Shown here: one piece after another, positions 52,870 to 64,000 of the stretch
How the letters are laid out: each line of letters starts with the position of its first letter
How positions within the stretch are numbered: the first letter of the stretch is position 1
Assembly: GCA_964016885.1 (NCBI GenBank)
Contig: OZ024741.1
Span: forward strand, 225,928,001-225,992,000
Direction: 5' to 3'
DNA: 64,000 nucleotides
DNA from: Eledone cirrhosa
Lineage: Eukaryota
The notes under the pieces: model-generated
Seen by the model: the letters and a program-made list of their open reading frames with translations, nothing else
Database searches by the model: none
What the model was told of the DNA's origin: nothing
Translations under genes and position numbers: made by a program

Positions 52870-53090
52870 GGCGGTGCATTGGTAGTATCAATAGAGAGTC
52901 GGGCGCCAAGCTTTGCAGCATAGAGTTACGACTCTTTACGGTTTGAGTTCAAATCCCGCCGAGATTACTTTCATACTTTCATACTTACGAGGTCGATAAA
53001 ATAAAGTACCACTAATGTACTGGCATCGATTTAATCGACTTTCCCCTCCCGCCAAAATTACTGGCCTTGTGCCTATACTAGAAATCATTG
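52870..53090 (+). mobile_element. tRNA-derived SINE, long subtype
   Basis: Family match, including the atcgatttaatcgac segment. Confidence 0.88.
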
Positions 53091-53179
53091 TTGTTGGTGT
53101 TGTTATTGTCTTATTTTCATGCTTGTTGTTTATTACTAAGAACAACACCTGCTGTTATTGTTGTTGTTAGTGATGCATA

Positions 53180-53860
53180 TGGTAGTGATGTGTGTGGTGA
53201 TGTATGTGTGGTGATGTATGTGTGGTGGTGTATGTGGTGGTGGTGGTGTATGTGGTGGTGGTGTATGTGGTAGTGGTGGTGTATGTGGTGGTGGTGTAAG
53301 TGGCGGTGGTGTATGTGGTAGTGGTGGTGTATGTGGTGGTGGTGTAAGTGGTGGTGGTGGTGTATGTGGTGGTGGTGTAAGTGGTAGTGGTGGTGTATGT
53401 GGTGGTGGTGTATGTGGTAGTGGTGGTGTATGCGGTGGTGGTGGTGGTGTATGTGGTGGTGGTTTATGTGGTGGTGGTGGTGTATGTGGTGGTGGGTGGT
53501 GGTGTATGTGGTGGTGGTGTATGTGGTAGTGGTGGTTTATGTGGTGGTGGTGTATGTGGTGGTGGTGTATGTGGTGGTGGTGGCGTATGCGGTGGTGGTG
53601 TATGTATGTGGTGGTGGTGTATGCGGTGGTGGTGGTGTATGCGGTGGTGGTGTATGTGGTGGTGGTGTATGTATGTGGTGGTGGTGGTGTATGTGGTAGT
53701 GCTCTATGTGGTGGTGGTAGTGTATGTGGTGGTGTATGTATGTATGTGGTGGTGGTGGTGTATGTGGTGGTGGTAGTGTATGTGGTGGTGGTGTATGTGG
53801 TGGTGGTGTATGTATGTGGTGGTGGTGGTGTATGAGGTGGTGGTGGTGTATGTGGTGGTG
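53180..53860. repeat. Compound (GGT)n/GTAT repeat
   Basis: Direct reading. Confidence 0.95.
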
Positions 53861-54372
53861 CTTTATGCGCTAATGGGATTCGGGTTATGTAGTTCATGGT
53901 TGTTATGCGTTGAGCTATGTCGTCAATCTCAGACAGACGCTTGAAGTTCTACCTATTTATGTAGAAAGAGAATTAAAGCAAATGTATGCTTTGTTGATAT
54001 CTTCGTTGTTGTTGCGTTATTGCTATGGTTCTTCGAGTTGTTGTTAATGTTGCCATTGATAATACTTAATACTGTAGTTGTTATTGTTGTTGCCGCTGTT
54101 GTCATTGTTTTAGTTGTTCTTATTCTTCTTGTCGCTGTTGTTATTGTTTTATTTGTTGTTACAGTGTTAATATTGTTATGTTGTTCCTAGTCTTTCTCAT
54201 TGCTGTTGTTGTTGTTAACACCAATTTGTTGCAGACATCTTATTCTGCTTCTGCTTTACATCTTTCCGATTATCTATACATATATTTATTTATTTTTATA
54301 ATATTAATAATATTATAGCATTATCATTGTTGTTGTTGGTGACATCATCAACATCATCATCATTATTATTAC

Positions 54373-54441
<69 letters not shown>

Positions 54442-54746
54442 CTGTGTGTGTTTGTTCTTTTGCCGAAGGAGATGTAAGAAAATGTTTCCATCTGAGAATG
54501 GAAATCTTTTGTAAGAGGAAAGACAAATGCTTTTGTACGATATATTTTTAATGCCGTTATTGATTACAATATTGCCCATTGTTTCTTACTATTATGGAAC
54601 CATTATTCTGTCTGTCTATCTCTCTCTTCTTCTCTTCCTCCCACTCAATTTCTCTCTCCCTCTCTCTATCCTTCTGTTATCTCTTCTTTTTCTTTATTCT
54701 CATCTTTATCTCAACGTTTTAACCATTCTCTCTTTCTCAGTGTGTG

Positions 54747-54821
<75 letters not shown>

Positions 54822-55109
54822 GTGTATATATATATATGTGTATGTATGTATATATATGTGTATGTATGTATATAGACCCCTCTCTCTATCTCTGTGTATC
54901 TATCCATCTATTTCTTTATTTTCTATCTAGCTCTCCATTCTCAACCACATTATCTGTTGTTGTTTTTTTATTAATTCGCTTCATTTTATAACCGTTTCTT
55001 TTCTCCTGCCTTTTTCTTTCTCACTCGTTCTCACTCTGATATTTTTCTTCCCCCTCACCACTTAAACTTCTTACTGTCTTCTTTTTTTCTTTATTCCCTC
55101 TCCTTCTCT

Positions 55110-55182
<73 letters not shown>

Positions 55183-55217
55183 TTATAATAATCAAAGTTC
55201 TGTTCAAATCTTTTATA

Positions 55218-55264
55218 TGCTTACAATTGTTTCCTCCAAACCGAGGTTTGAATTCTTCGGAGCA
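55218..55264 (-). ncRNA. Minimal hammerhead with one core mutation
   Basis: tgct-CCGAAGA-a.ttcaaacc.tc.ggtttgga.g-GAAA-caattg-TA-agca. Confidence 0.7.
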
Positions 55265-55739
55265 ATTTATTAATGAATGATCACATATATGACCTCTTTT
55301 TCAAGAGACATACAGATACATATGCATATATTGTTACTTGGTGGGTCGACTCCATTTAGCGTGGCAGTATACATTTAAAGATTACATTCATATCAAAAGA
55401 GGATGAAATTAAAATTAATGTTAAAATACAACATGAAATTAATGTGATAGGATAGTCAGAAGCAGTAAGTGTGTGCAATAGTTATACGTGTGGCAAACAC
55501 GTGTGTCTTATTTATAAATATTATAGTGCGGCAGGGTGGTACATGTAATACAAGCACTTTGATTATTATAACTTATATATAACTGCTCTGTAAAACGACT
55601 GATGTTAGTACATTGAGCTATTTATCTTACTGGTAATAAGGTAGTAATATATTACTGCCTATCACTATTTAGGGTTTGTAAAAATATATATAACTACAAA
55701 AGGTTTTTGTATTTGCATAACCATAAATAGTATCCTTAA

Positions 55740-55819
<80 letters not shown>

Positions 55820-55825
<6 letters not shown>

Positions 55826-56474
55826 GGAATAGAATGAAACGAAATTTCATTTATCACTCTTAGTACGGCACTTACTTAAATGTAAGTATGTATGTATACG
55901 TACATACATATATGTATACAGACGCACAGTAGCATGTATATATATACATACAGGCACACATATATATATGCACGTATCAGTTTACCGAACATTTATTATA
56001 ATGCTCGGTTTGTTCGTTTGTAAACAAACAAACAGCCTGAATTACGCCGTACAGTGTTTAGGCAACCACGTCACCTTTTTGTTCAACACTGACACAGGAA
56101 CGATGTACTAGTTTCAAGCTTATTAGCTATCGTCAGCACCGTATACCTTTCTGCCAGATGGTTGAACGTCCGAAAGTATATACTTTCCTTATGAAAATTA
56201 ACGGCTGAGCAGCCTAATTTGCATATCGAGTGAGTTCAGTCGGCCAGGCGCACCGAAAACGATAAATGGAATAGAATGAAACGAAATTTCATTTCTCACT
56301 CTTACACGGCACTTACTTAAATGTAAGTATGTATGTATACGTACATAAATATATGTATACAGACGCACAGTAGTATGTATATATATACATACAGGCACAC
56401 ATATATATATATGCACGTATCAGTTTACCGAACATTTATTATAATGCTCGGTTTGTTCGTTTGTAAACAAACAA

Positions 56475-56475
<1 letters not shown>
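55820..56475 (-). mobile_element. Retrozyme-like non-coding 1.5-mer (period ~442 bp)
   Basis: ~213-bp direct repeats at 55820-56032 and 56262-56475, hammerhead between them, TA flanks. Confidence 0.75.
56100..56142 (-). ncRNA. Intact minimal type I hammerhead ribozyme
   Basis: acggtg-CTGACGA-t.agct.aata.agct.t-GAAA-c.ta.g-TA-catcgt; palindromic actagt, GUA triplet. Confidence 0.82.
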
Positions 56476-56534
<59 letters not shown>

Positions 56535-57289
56535 TATATATATTGCATATATATATTACCTTCTCTTGTTGTCTTGTTCCACAACACAAGGAACATCTAC
56601 CGAACCATCAAACGATAGAGGATATCTTTCTTCAAAGATAACAGCCAAAAAAATAACACAACAAAAATAAAAATAATACAATCAAACCATAAACAAAAAA
56701 GGGGTTTAACAATGATGCTTTTTTTGTTGTAAACTTATATTTATTGCTACATGGTTGTTGTTGTTATTATTGTTCCATTTATCTATTTATTTGTTTGTTT
56801 ATATATTAAATAATCAATTTATTTATTTCACTGCTGTTTCGTTAAACCTTCTTTTGATACAGTTTTAATTATAACATAGCGGTAAGTAGTGAGGGTGTAG
56901 GACGGTGGTGTGAAAGAATTAAATGTAGTGTGATGAGAAGTCTTGAAGAAATGAAGGAAAGTGTGATGAGGGATAAACTGTGATAAGGGGGAGTAGTAAT
57001 GGAACATAAAAGAAGAACATTAGGGAAAAGAAAGAGGAAAATAGGATGTATGTAAAAGGGAGTATGTAGGTGAGGAGTAGTGAGTGAAGGAGAGAAATAG
57101 AGAGGAAGAGAGAAGTAAGACATGAAAGAGAAATAAGAATTATGATTGAAACGATACCACGTGATTGTAGATTTTAACATGTCTTTATATGTTTCCACCT
57201 GTACGTTCACACAAAACGTACGCAGACATACACACGCGAACGTATGTATGTATGTATATATACATATATACATATACACACACACATAC

Positions 57290-59102
57290 ATTGATCGTCC
57301 GGTGGTGTCGCTCCACGATTCCATTTCCGCTTGGCCTGTACGCTGCTCTGAAGAAACGGTCCACCGTCCATCCATCGAGCATCTCCCTCAGCGCCTCCGA
57401 GCGGAACGCTGTGCTGTTGTACATCAGCAGTTCGTCCACAGGGCCCCGCTCCAAGAACATCTCTCTCAACGTCCGCATGATTTCCTCGGCCGTTCCAGTC
57501 TTCATCTCCCTCCATATCGCCATCCGTTCCGGTCCACAGTCGACCAACGAGAGGTACGTTCCCTGTCGGTAGTGTGTTACATCGTTTCCAGTCGCGATCC
57601 ACAGGGAGCCTTCCCGTTTCGTGGACACTCGGGGCGGGATCAATGGACTGACGTCGGACGCAGCCTCTAACCACTCTTTGAACACTGTGTCTGTTAACGT
57701 CCGAGTTGATTCTCCTGGCTAGGCTAGGAACAGAGTCCTATCCACTCCCATGTGGTGCATGTCATGCAACCCTTTCAGATCCGACTCGGTCAGCCGACAC
57801 ACGGCAGCTATCTCCTCTTCTACCTCTTCCGGCGCTTCCATCCAGGCTTTCTTCACCCTGGTTAAAACATCCGCCCTATTTTTCTCTGAGGGCACGAAAA
57901 CTACGCTTAGCCTCAGGTCGAACTCGGTGGCCAGCTGTCCTAAAGTTTTCAGGCAGCGCTTTATCAGCATCTCCCCCGCCCCTCTCGTTCGCACTCTCTT
58001 TTCACTGGTGAGCACTGATATCACCCATCCGAGTACAGTAGCCGAGTCGGTGTATATCTCGATGGTGCGCAGTCCCCACATCAGGGCGAGGTTCACCCCT
58101 CTCAACACCGCGTCCAGTTCGGCCACATTGATGTGGTTGCAGTCGTCTTTCTTCCTAAGCCAGGCTGCATCCTCGACCGCAACACCTCCTATCTCCAACG
58201 TGACACCCAGCGCTATGCTTCTGGCATCGCACCATGCGGTCCCGCTCTGCGATTTGGGAACATACCAGCGTCTCCGCACTGGGTCGTCGGCCTTCACCCT
58301 CTCCACGATCTCCTGCATCATGGCCACCGTCCTCTCTCCCGATCTGTCACTCCAAGTCACCCCTCCCGCTCGTCTTTTGACATAGCTGCATGCCGTTGGG
58401 AGCCACCCAGCAATCGAGTAGTGACCCACCAACTTTCCACCTGATATCCAGCCAACATGGCCAATCGCCGTATTTCCGCTGCGAAAATGTCAACGCGTTC
58501 ACCGTCCCATCTAATTCTTGCCAGCTTAGCAAAAGCGTCTAACGGTCCCTCCGCGAACGCTTCCATCATGCGCCTCTCAATCTTTTGCGCATCCCTTTGG
58601 CTGTGTTCATCCATCTCTAGGAAGAGCGCCAACGCGTTCCCCTCGAGGTGCAGTGCCATGAGGCCAGCCACATCTATCTTCTGTAAGCTTGCGACCAGCC
58701 GGACTTTTCGCAGCCGAGCGACAACATCGCCTTCACCGGTAAATGCCCTAATCGCTTCGCTCATTCGCTCGTCGCCATATCGTAATTTTGTTTTGCGGTA
58801 AGTAATAAAAAACAACAGACTCCTCTCTGTTTTTGTTTTCGAGAAAGATCTTTTTTTATCAATCAGATCTCAGTTTCCAGTGCCGAAATAGCTTGTGGTT
58901 AGAAAAAGCTACCTCACTTACCGCTTTCGCAGGCGCCGCTAAATCCAATGGCTAGTTTCCCCTCTCCCACGTGCGTACAATCCAACTCGTTAACCGGGAG
59001 CTGCAAAACTGACGTCCACCACGTTCGCTGATCACCCTAGAGAGAGACCCACCTGCTGGCCCTTCCGGTCGAGCACCCTTCCGGTCAAGCACTCTTCCGG
59101 TC
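57290..59102 (-). mobile_element. Gypsy-like LTR retrotransposon, internally deleted and 3'-truncated
   Basis: PBS-like TGGCGACGAG at 58777-58768; gag from 58764; RNase H WCDA..HINVAEL..YTDS; H..HHMGVDRT zinc finger; integrase DVTHY..VDCGP..PSGNGIVERHHRTI. Confidence 0.85.
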
Positions 59103-59169
59103 GAGTGGAATTATAACTAGGTTCAGTATAAGTTTGGTATATTTACCAGGGGCTGGTATGTAGCTATTG

Positions 59170-59247
<78 letters not shown>

Positions 59248-59314
59248 CAATAGCTACATACCAGCCCCTGGTAAATATACCAAACTTATACTGAACCTAG
59301 TTATAATTCCACTC
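59103..59314. repeat. Perfect palindrome centred on (TA)n
   Basis: ~71-bp arms, exact reverse complements. Confidence 0.95.
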
Positions 59315-60114
59315 TTTAATCCTTATGATTTTAAAATTATACTCCATTCTTTAAATTTTTATCCTGATACTAACTTACAGACTTAAAAGAAAAAGAAAAC
59401 ATTAAGCATAATACCTTTACCACTATAATAAGTTTTAAGCAATTTCAAGCATCCAACGTTTTGTGCACCGTCCCAATCATATGAGATCACATGCATAGTA
59501 CATGACAGAGTATACCTACGTGATAAAGAGACAGACTTTTGAAATAACAACATCGAAAACAAATTTGTCTCCATATCAATAGGTTGTATTGCATAAGACA
59601 GATGAGTTGTTCGTAGAATTTCGGAGAGAAAGGTTTATACTGTTCAGACTCTGAGTTCCAAAGGCAACAATGTAAACGTCACCTGTCATTGCTAGTGACA
59701 ACATTTCCTTTACATATCTTTCTTATCTTATAATTTTCACATTTTTTAAAGGAATCGGCTGTCTCTCATGGAGCGTAATGGCGTTCGCCAGGTTAAAATA
59801 CTCAAGAAACACCATATTAATTAACGGAAATTACTGGATTAATGCTTTTCTTCATTAAATTTAAAAGTCATGAGTGACTTAGTAACGAATCGGAAAGGAG
59901 TTATATTGGATATTGTGAAATATGATCGATACCATCTCACCGGAAAATGCTTAACTGCTAAGAGAGAATTTAATTTTCATTTAGTTAAACTTGAATTAGC
60001 GCAATGCAGTATATGCATTTAGAAGATAGGTAATGCACACGAACATATAAAATATATACAACAATACTGTATAATTTCAGCCGTTTATGAAAGATAAATC
60101 GTAATTTTATTTTC

Positions 60115-60233
60115 AAATAATTGTTTCTACTTTTGGCAAAAGGCCAACAATTACCCAATGCATTACTGATACTTTATTCTATCGACCCCGGAAGGATGAA
60201 AGGCAAAGTTAACCTCGGCGGGATTTGAACTCA
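60115..60233 (-). mobile_element. SINE, 5'-truncated
   Basis: Family match. Confidence 0.88.
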
Positions 60234-60959
60234 TTTCATATGTAAGTATATTTCTCGTCGTTTAACATTAAAGAACAATTAAAAACAATACACATATTTT
60301 ATGAGCATTAAAATAAGATGAACAATGTTTAATTTCTGAACGAACAAAAAGACAATAATATAACAAACACAATATAGTCTTTTCATTTATCACGTACAAG
60401 AAAAATACAAAAATAGAAAAGACAAAAACAGGAATATGCACGCAGATGAACACGTTTGTTATAATTATTTCTTCTTTACTTCTTTTGTGACAATAAATTA
60501 TTAAAAGCTAACATTTATAAAACAATTCCTGCTTTCAATTCAACCATATTTATATAGATTTAATCATGTTTTAACAAAAATCAACAATACTGTTTATGTA
60601 TTTATACTAAATTTCTTTATTGTTTTTCATTTATGAAAAAAATTGTAAACTAAATTACGAAACATGATTAAAATTCAAGTACTGGTTCCATGATGCCACC
60701 TAATATAAGCAAATATGTGAGTGAGCATAATACTCCAAATAAGGTTTCGCAACTTCCTCTGGATCTTAATAAGAAAATGACTTGTTTATCTAATTTCAAA
60801 CAGGTATATAATGCATAATCATTACAAACAATAATATGATTTTAAAAAAGTAAAATAAAAAATTAAAAAAACTTAACTAAAATTTATCTGAAAATTATAA
60901 AAACAAAAATATTCTCCAGAAATGCAAAGATACAGCAACTGAAATATTAATACAAAGTG

Positions 60960-61522
60960 TTACGGATAGCTTTGCAACTTGTAAAAGAATCGTGTTCTGG
61001 GTACTACACATTACTTGGAACTACTTGAAACCACTTCAGCACTCTGTCATTTGAAGAAAGGGAGAAGGTGTAAAAGCCAAACTCACTATCTTCAATCCAG
61101 TAATTTACGGTAATGACCGGAAAAATACGATCGAGAAATCAAGCGCCTGAAATGGGATTCTCCCGAAGTGTATTTCGAGGTAAATTACTCGGTAGTGTGT
61201 ATAGCTCGGAAATTAGGAAGTCGTTCCAGGTAGAGCCACTCCTTCTCTGAATTGAGAGATCACAACTCTGATACTATATTCATGTGGTTAGAAATGGCCG
61301 GAGACCAGGGGGTGGGCCCAGAGCAAGGTGGTTAGATAACATACATGAACTGGTTTAGCTTGGGGATTCAGCTAGATCAATTGGAGACAGCTGCGTCTGA
61401 GAGAACCATCTGGAAGGCGTGTCTGAGGATTTTGCTTCCACAATCTTCCCATGAATAAGTGGGTAAAGAAGAAGAAGAAGAAGAAGAAGAAGAAGAAGAA
61501 GAAGAAGAAGAAGAAGAAGAAG
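60960..61522 (+). mobile_element. Decayed RTE-like LINE 3' part with (GAA)n tail
   Basis: SSEIRKSFQVEPLLL*IERSQL..HVVR motif; tail shared with 5400-5740. Confidence 0.7.
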
Positions 61523-61929
61523 AATATTTCCATTGGTGTTCGTTATGTAGAACATGGTGCCTTGTTTTGGTTACTTTTGGACATGTCACATGTTTCCTAT
61601 GAAAAGATGAATTCTCATCTGATGACAACAAAAACATTGGTAGTATAAATATAAGTTAGTATGGACGTTGCTAAAATGATATCAAATTCCTGTACTGGTG
61701 CAAATATTATGAGTTATGCCAATGCTTGAATGCAAACATTTGTTCAAGAAAAAACTCAGTGACAATAAATATCACTTTGACATTGATTTAATCACCGATT
61801 TCATAAAGTAGTTGTTGAATTAGTGAACACTATGAAAGAATGCTATATTCAATGGAATTCAAGATATAATTTCACAACAAAAAATGATGCTATATATAAA
61901 AGAAAAAAAGTTTAAAACGGCTTTTAAAA

Positions 61930-62118
61930 TAATTGTGTCTACATGTGGCACAAGGTCAACAATTTACGCAGTTTATTACTGGTACTTTATTTTATAGACC
62001 CCGTAAGGATGAAAGGCAAAGTTAACATCGGCGGGATTTGAACTCAAATTGGAAAGGGCCGTAACTCTATGCGTCAAAGCATCGCGTCCGACCCGTTACC
62101 AATATTGCCAATACACCA
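61930..62118 (-). mobile_element. tRNA-derived SINE
   Basis: Family match. Confidence 0.88.
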
Positions 62119-62489
62119 ATGATGGTCTGCACGCCCTGAATTATCCAAGATCATCTTATAATGGTATAGTTGTTTTTTCAATAAGTGCTAGTTACAAAAA
62201 TATTATGGATGTGGAGAGTGACAGCTGTGGATTCTAAATGATTTATTCACTTTGTCTTGACTCATTTTCACATTTGTAGCATTCCTGTTAGAAATAATTC
62301 TTCAGTTACTTGCACCTTGTAATGCATGCATGGTCCCGTAACTACTGGGGGAGTCTTAGGGACAGCGTATTGACATATGGTATTTCTAGGCCATTTTAAA
62401 CCTGGCGGAGCCCCATCCTCTCCAGCTTTGATTGCAGCAGATTTCTTCCAGAGAACGATATAGAGAGAGTGAAAGAATGGAAGTGATAA

Positions 62490-62645
62490 AAAAAAATCGA
62501 CTCCAATTCTAGGCTGGTACTTTCTTTATCGGCCTAGAATGGATGAAAGGCAAAGTTGACCTCGTCAGGATTTGAACTAAGAGAGCACAGAGGCGAAACG
62601 AGTACTGGGAAGCATTCTATTCGACGTTCAAACAACTCTAACAAT
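62490..62645 (-). mobile_element. Old SINE copy
   Basis: ggatgaaaggcaaagttgacctcg...gatttgaact. Confidence 0.7.
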
Positions 62646-64000
62646 TCTGGTAATAAATTATTATAATGCACAGGATCTCGATTTAGTGTGGCCATAAAAC
62701 TGATGTTAACTATTCACATGGAAATAACAAAATGTGAACAACAGAAATCATTGAAAAAATATCAAGAGCAATGCCTTAAAAATGTGTCTATGACGCTGCA
62801 ATTAGAAGGCGAAAGCAAATGTGCACGCTCAAGAAGCATTTTAATAGAAACAGTAGAACAAACAACCATTGATGAAACAATTCTGCGATCTATGTCTTAA
62901 ATCAGTAGGTCAAATGAAGACATTTTAAAGCGATTTACTCATAATTGTCTCTATCATGCAATTTGTTTTAATGTCTAATTCTTTTCAGCATTAACCGAGC
63001 TTAAAGTTAACCTTCCAACACCAGAACAAATAGCTGTAGCCAATAGCTTTTTGAAAAGGACTAACATATCACTATTAATGAGATTTCCCCTTGGGGTAAT
63101 GATTTGAGCAAAGAGAAGCATTTTATGTCTCGTGCACTCTTATGGATATATTGGTTTCAGTCACACGTTCACCTACAAAATTTCAATTTGTTTTCAACAA
63201 TTGTCACAATTAACGGGCTTCAGTGCGTGTGTATGCTTCAAAATCGCAAATGTCACCTTGTCCATTTGGCATTTGAAAATAAAATAACAAAAGATTTAGA
63301 TATTATGCTGGTTTAAAAAAGAAATTCGAAAGATTTCGTCGTGTTAATTATATAAATTTGTTTTATTTAGATCCATAATATAATATATATTCGCGTGATA
63401 TTAACGGCCGTGGGAATGTCTACTCAATACCTAAATAGATTTCAAATATCCTTTGTTATAGCTTAGTCTTCACGTAGGTATAATAAAGAATAATATCCAT
63501 ATATTAATATAGCATTTTAAAAACATATGAGCCGTGTATAAGATTAATCAACATTCCTTGAGAGTAGTAGCTTGATTAATGTATCTACAAAATATATATA
63601 GAACAAAAGAGATTGTGAAGCTCTTAACCTGCGATCTAACCCATCTAAGATATTAGCAATGCCAAATTTCGGAGGATGATATTCCACATATGATGAACAG
63701 CTATTCCATTACATCAATCGGCATTTATTGAGGCGGAGGATAAAAGTAAGCAGGATCTAAAGAGATGTGAAAACTAAGACTGGTCGTTTATATCGACACA
63801 CATTTAACTGTGAATATGATTCCATGAATGTAATTATTATATAATGATCTACTGCTACTCTAGTAATTAAGGTAGATTTAGATACAGTGCGTCAAGAAAA
63901 AAATATAAGAGAGTCACAGCAGGTACATCGTTTATCATAAGTGTGTTCAATAAAGACAAAGCAATAAACCAAACGCAGTGTCTAGTGGAGATAGATGTAT

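Noticed and set aside
53136-53897. Extensin-, keratin-associated- or His-rich-looking ORFs
   Set aside because: Open in several frames because the repeat lacks stops; no splice or domain support
54480-54510. ttccat/atggaa hairpin followed by GAAAC on the minus strand
   Set aside because: No CUGANGA core
57750-58801. Plus-strand ORFs of 211 and 114 aa
   Set aside because: Antisense shadows of GC-rich Gypsy coding sequence
62688-63700. Short ORFs suggesting a decayed transposase
   Set aside because: No catalytic motif identifiable

Overview
AT-rich, repeat-saturated eukaryotic DNA with no intact host gene that I can support. The SINE heads resemble, from memory, octopod OK/OR-type tRNA SINEs, so an octopus-like cephalopod is my inference. 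Most listed ORFs are microsatellite translation artefacts. Real coding remnants: three decayed Penelope-like elements (PLEs; RT + GIY-YIG), several RTE-clade LINE fragments (one ending in three C2H2 fingers), an R4/Dong-like RLE element, an internally deleted Gypsy-like LTR element, and a GC-rich fragment resembling KAT6B/enok. Non-coding mobile elements: non-autonomous Helitrons, a pogo/Tigger-like MITE and about 15 copies of one SINE. The main hidden structure is a dense population of about 14 type I hammerhead ribozyme motifs from several unrelated families, found by manual folding. They sit in PLE pseudo-LTRs and in tiny non-coding elements, almost all abutting (TA)n tracts and often built as fold-back palindromes. 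One is a retrozyme-like 1.5-mer with an intact hammerhead. Separately, RTE/R4 elements nest in (TATG)n tracts, and SINE 5' junctions show snap-back synthesis and capture of foreign sequence. All alignments and folds were done by eye; coordinates are approximate to a few bases.
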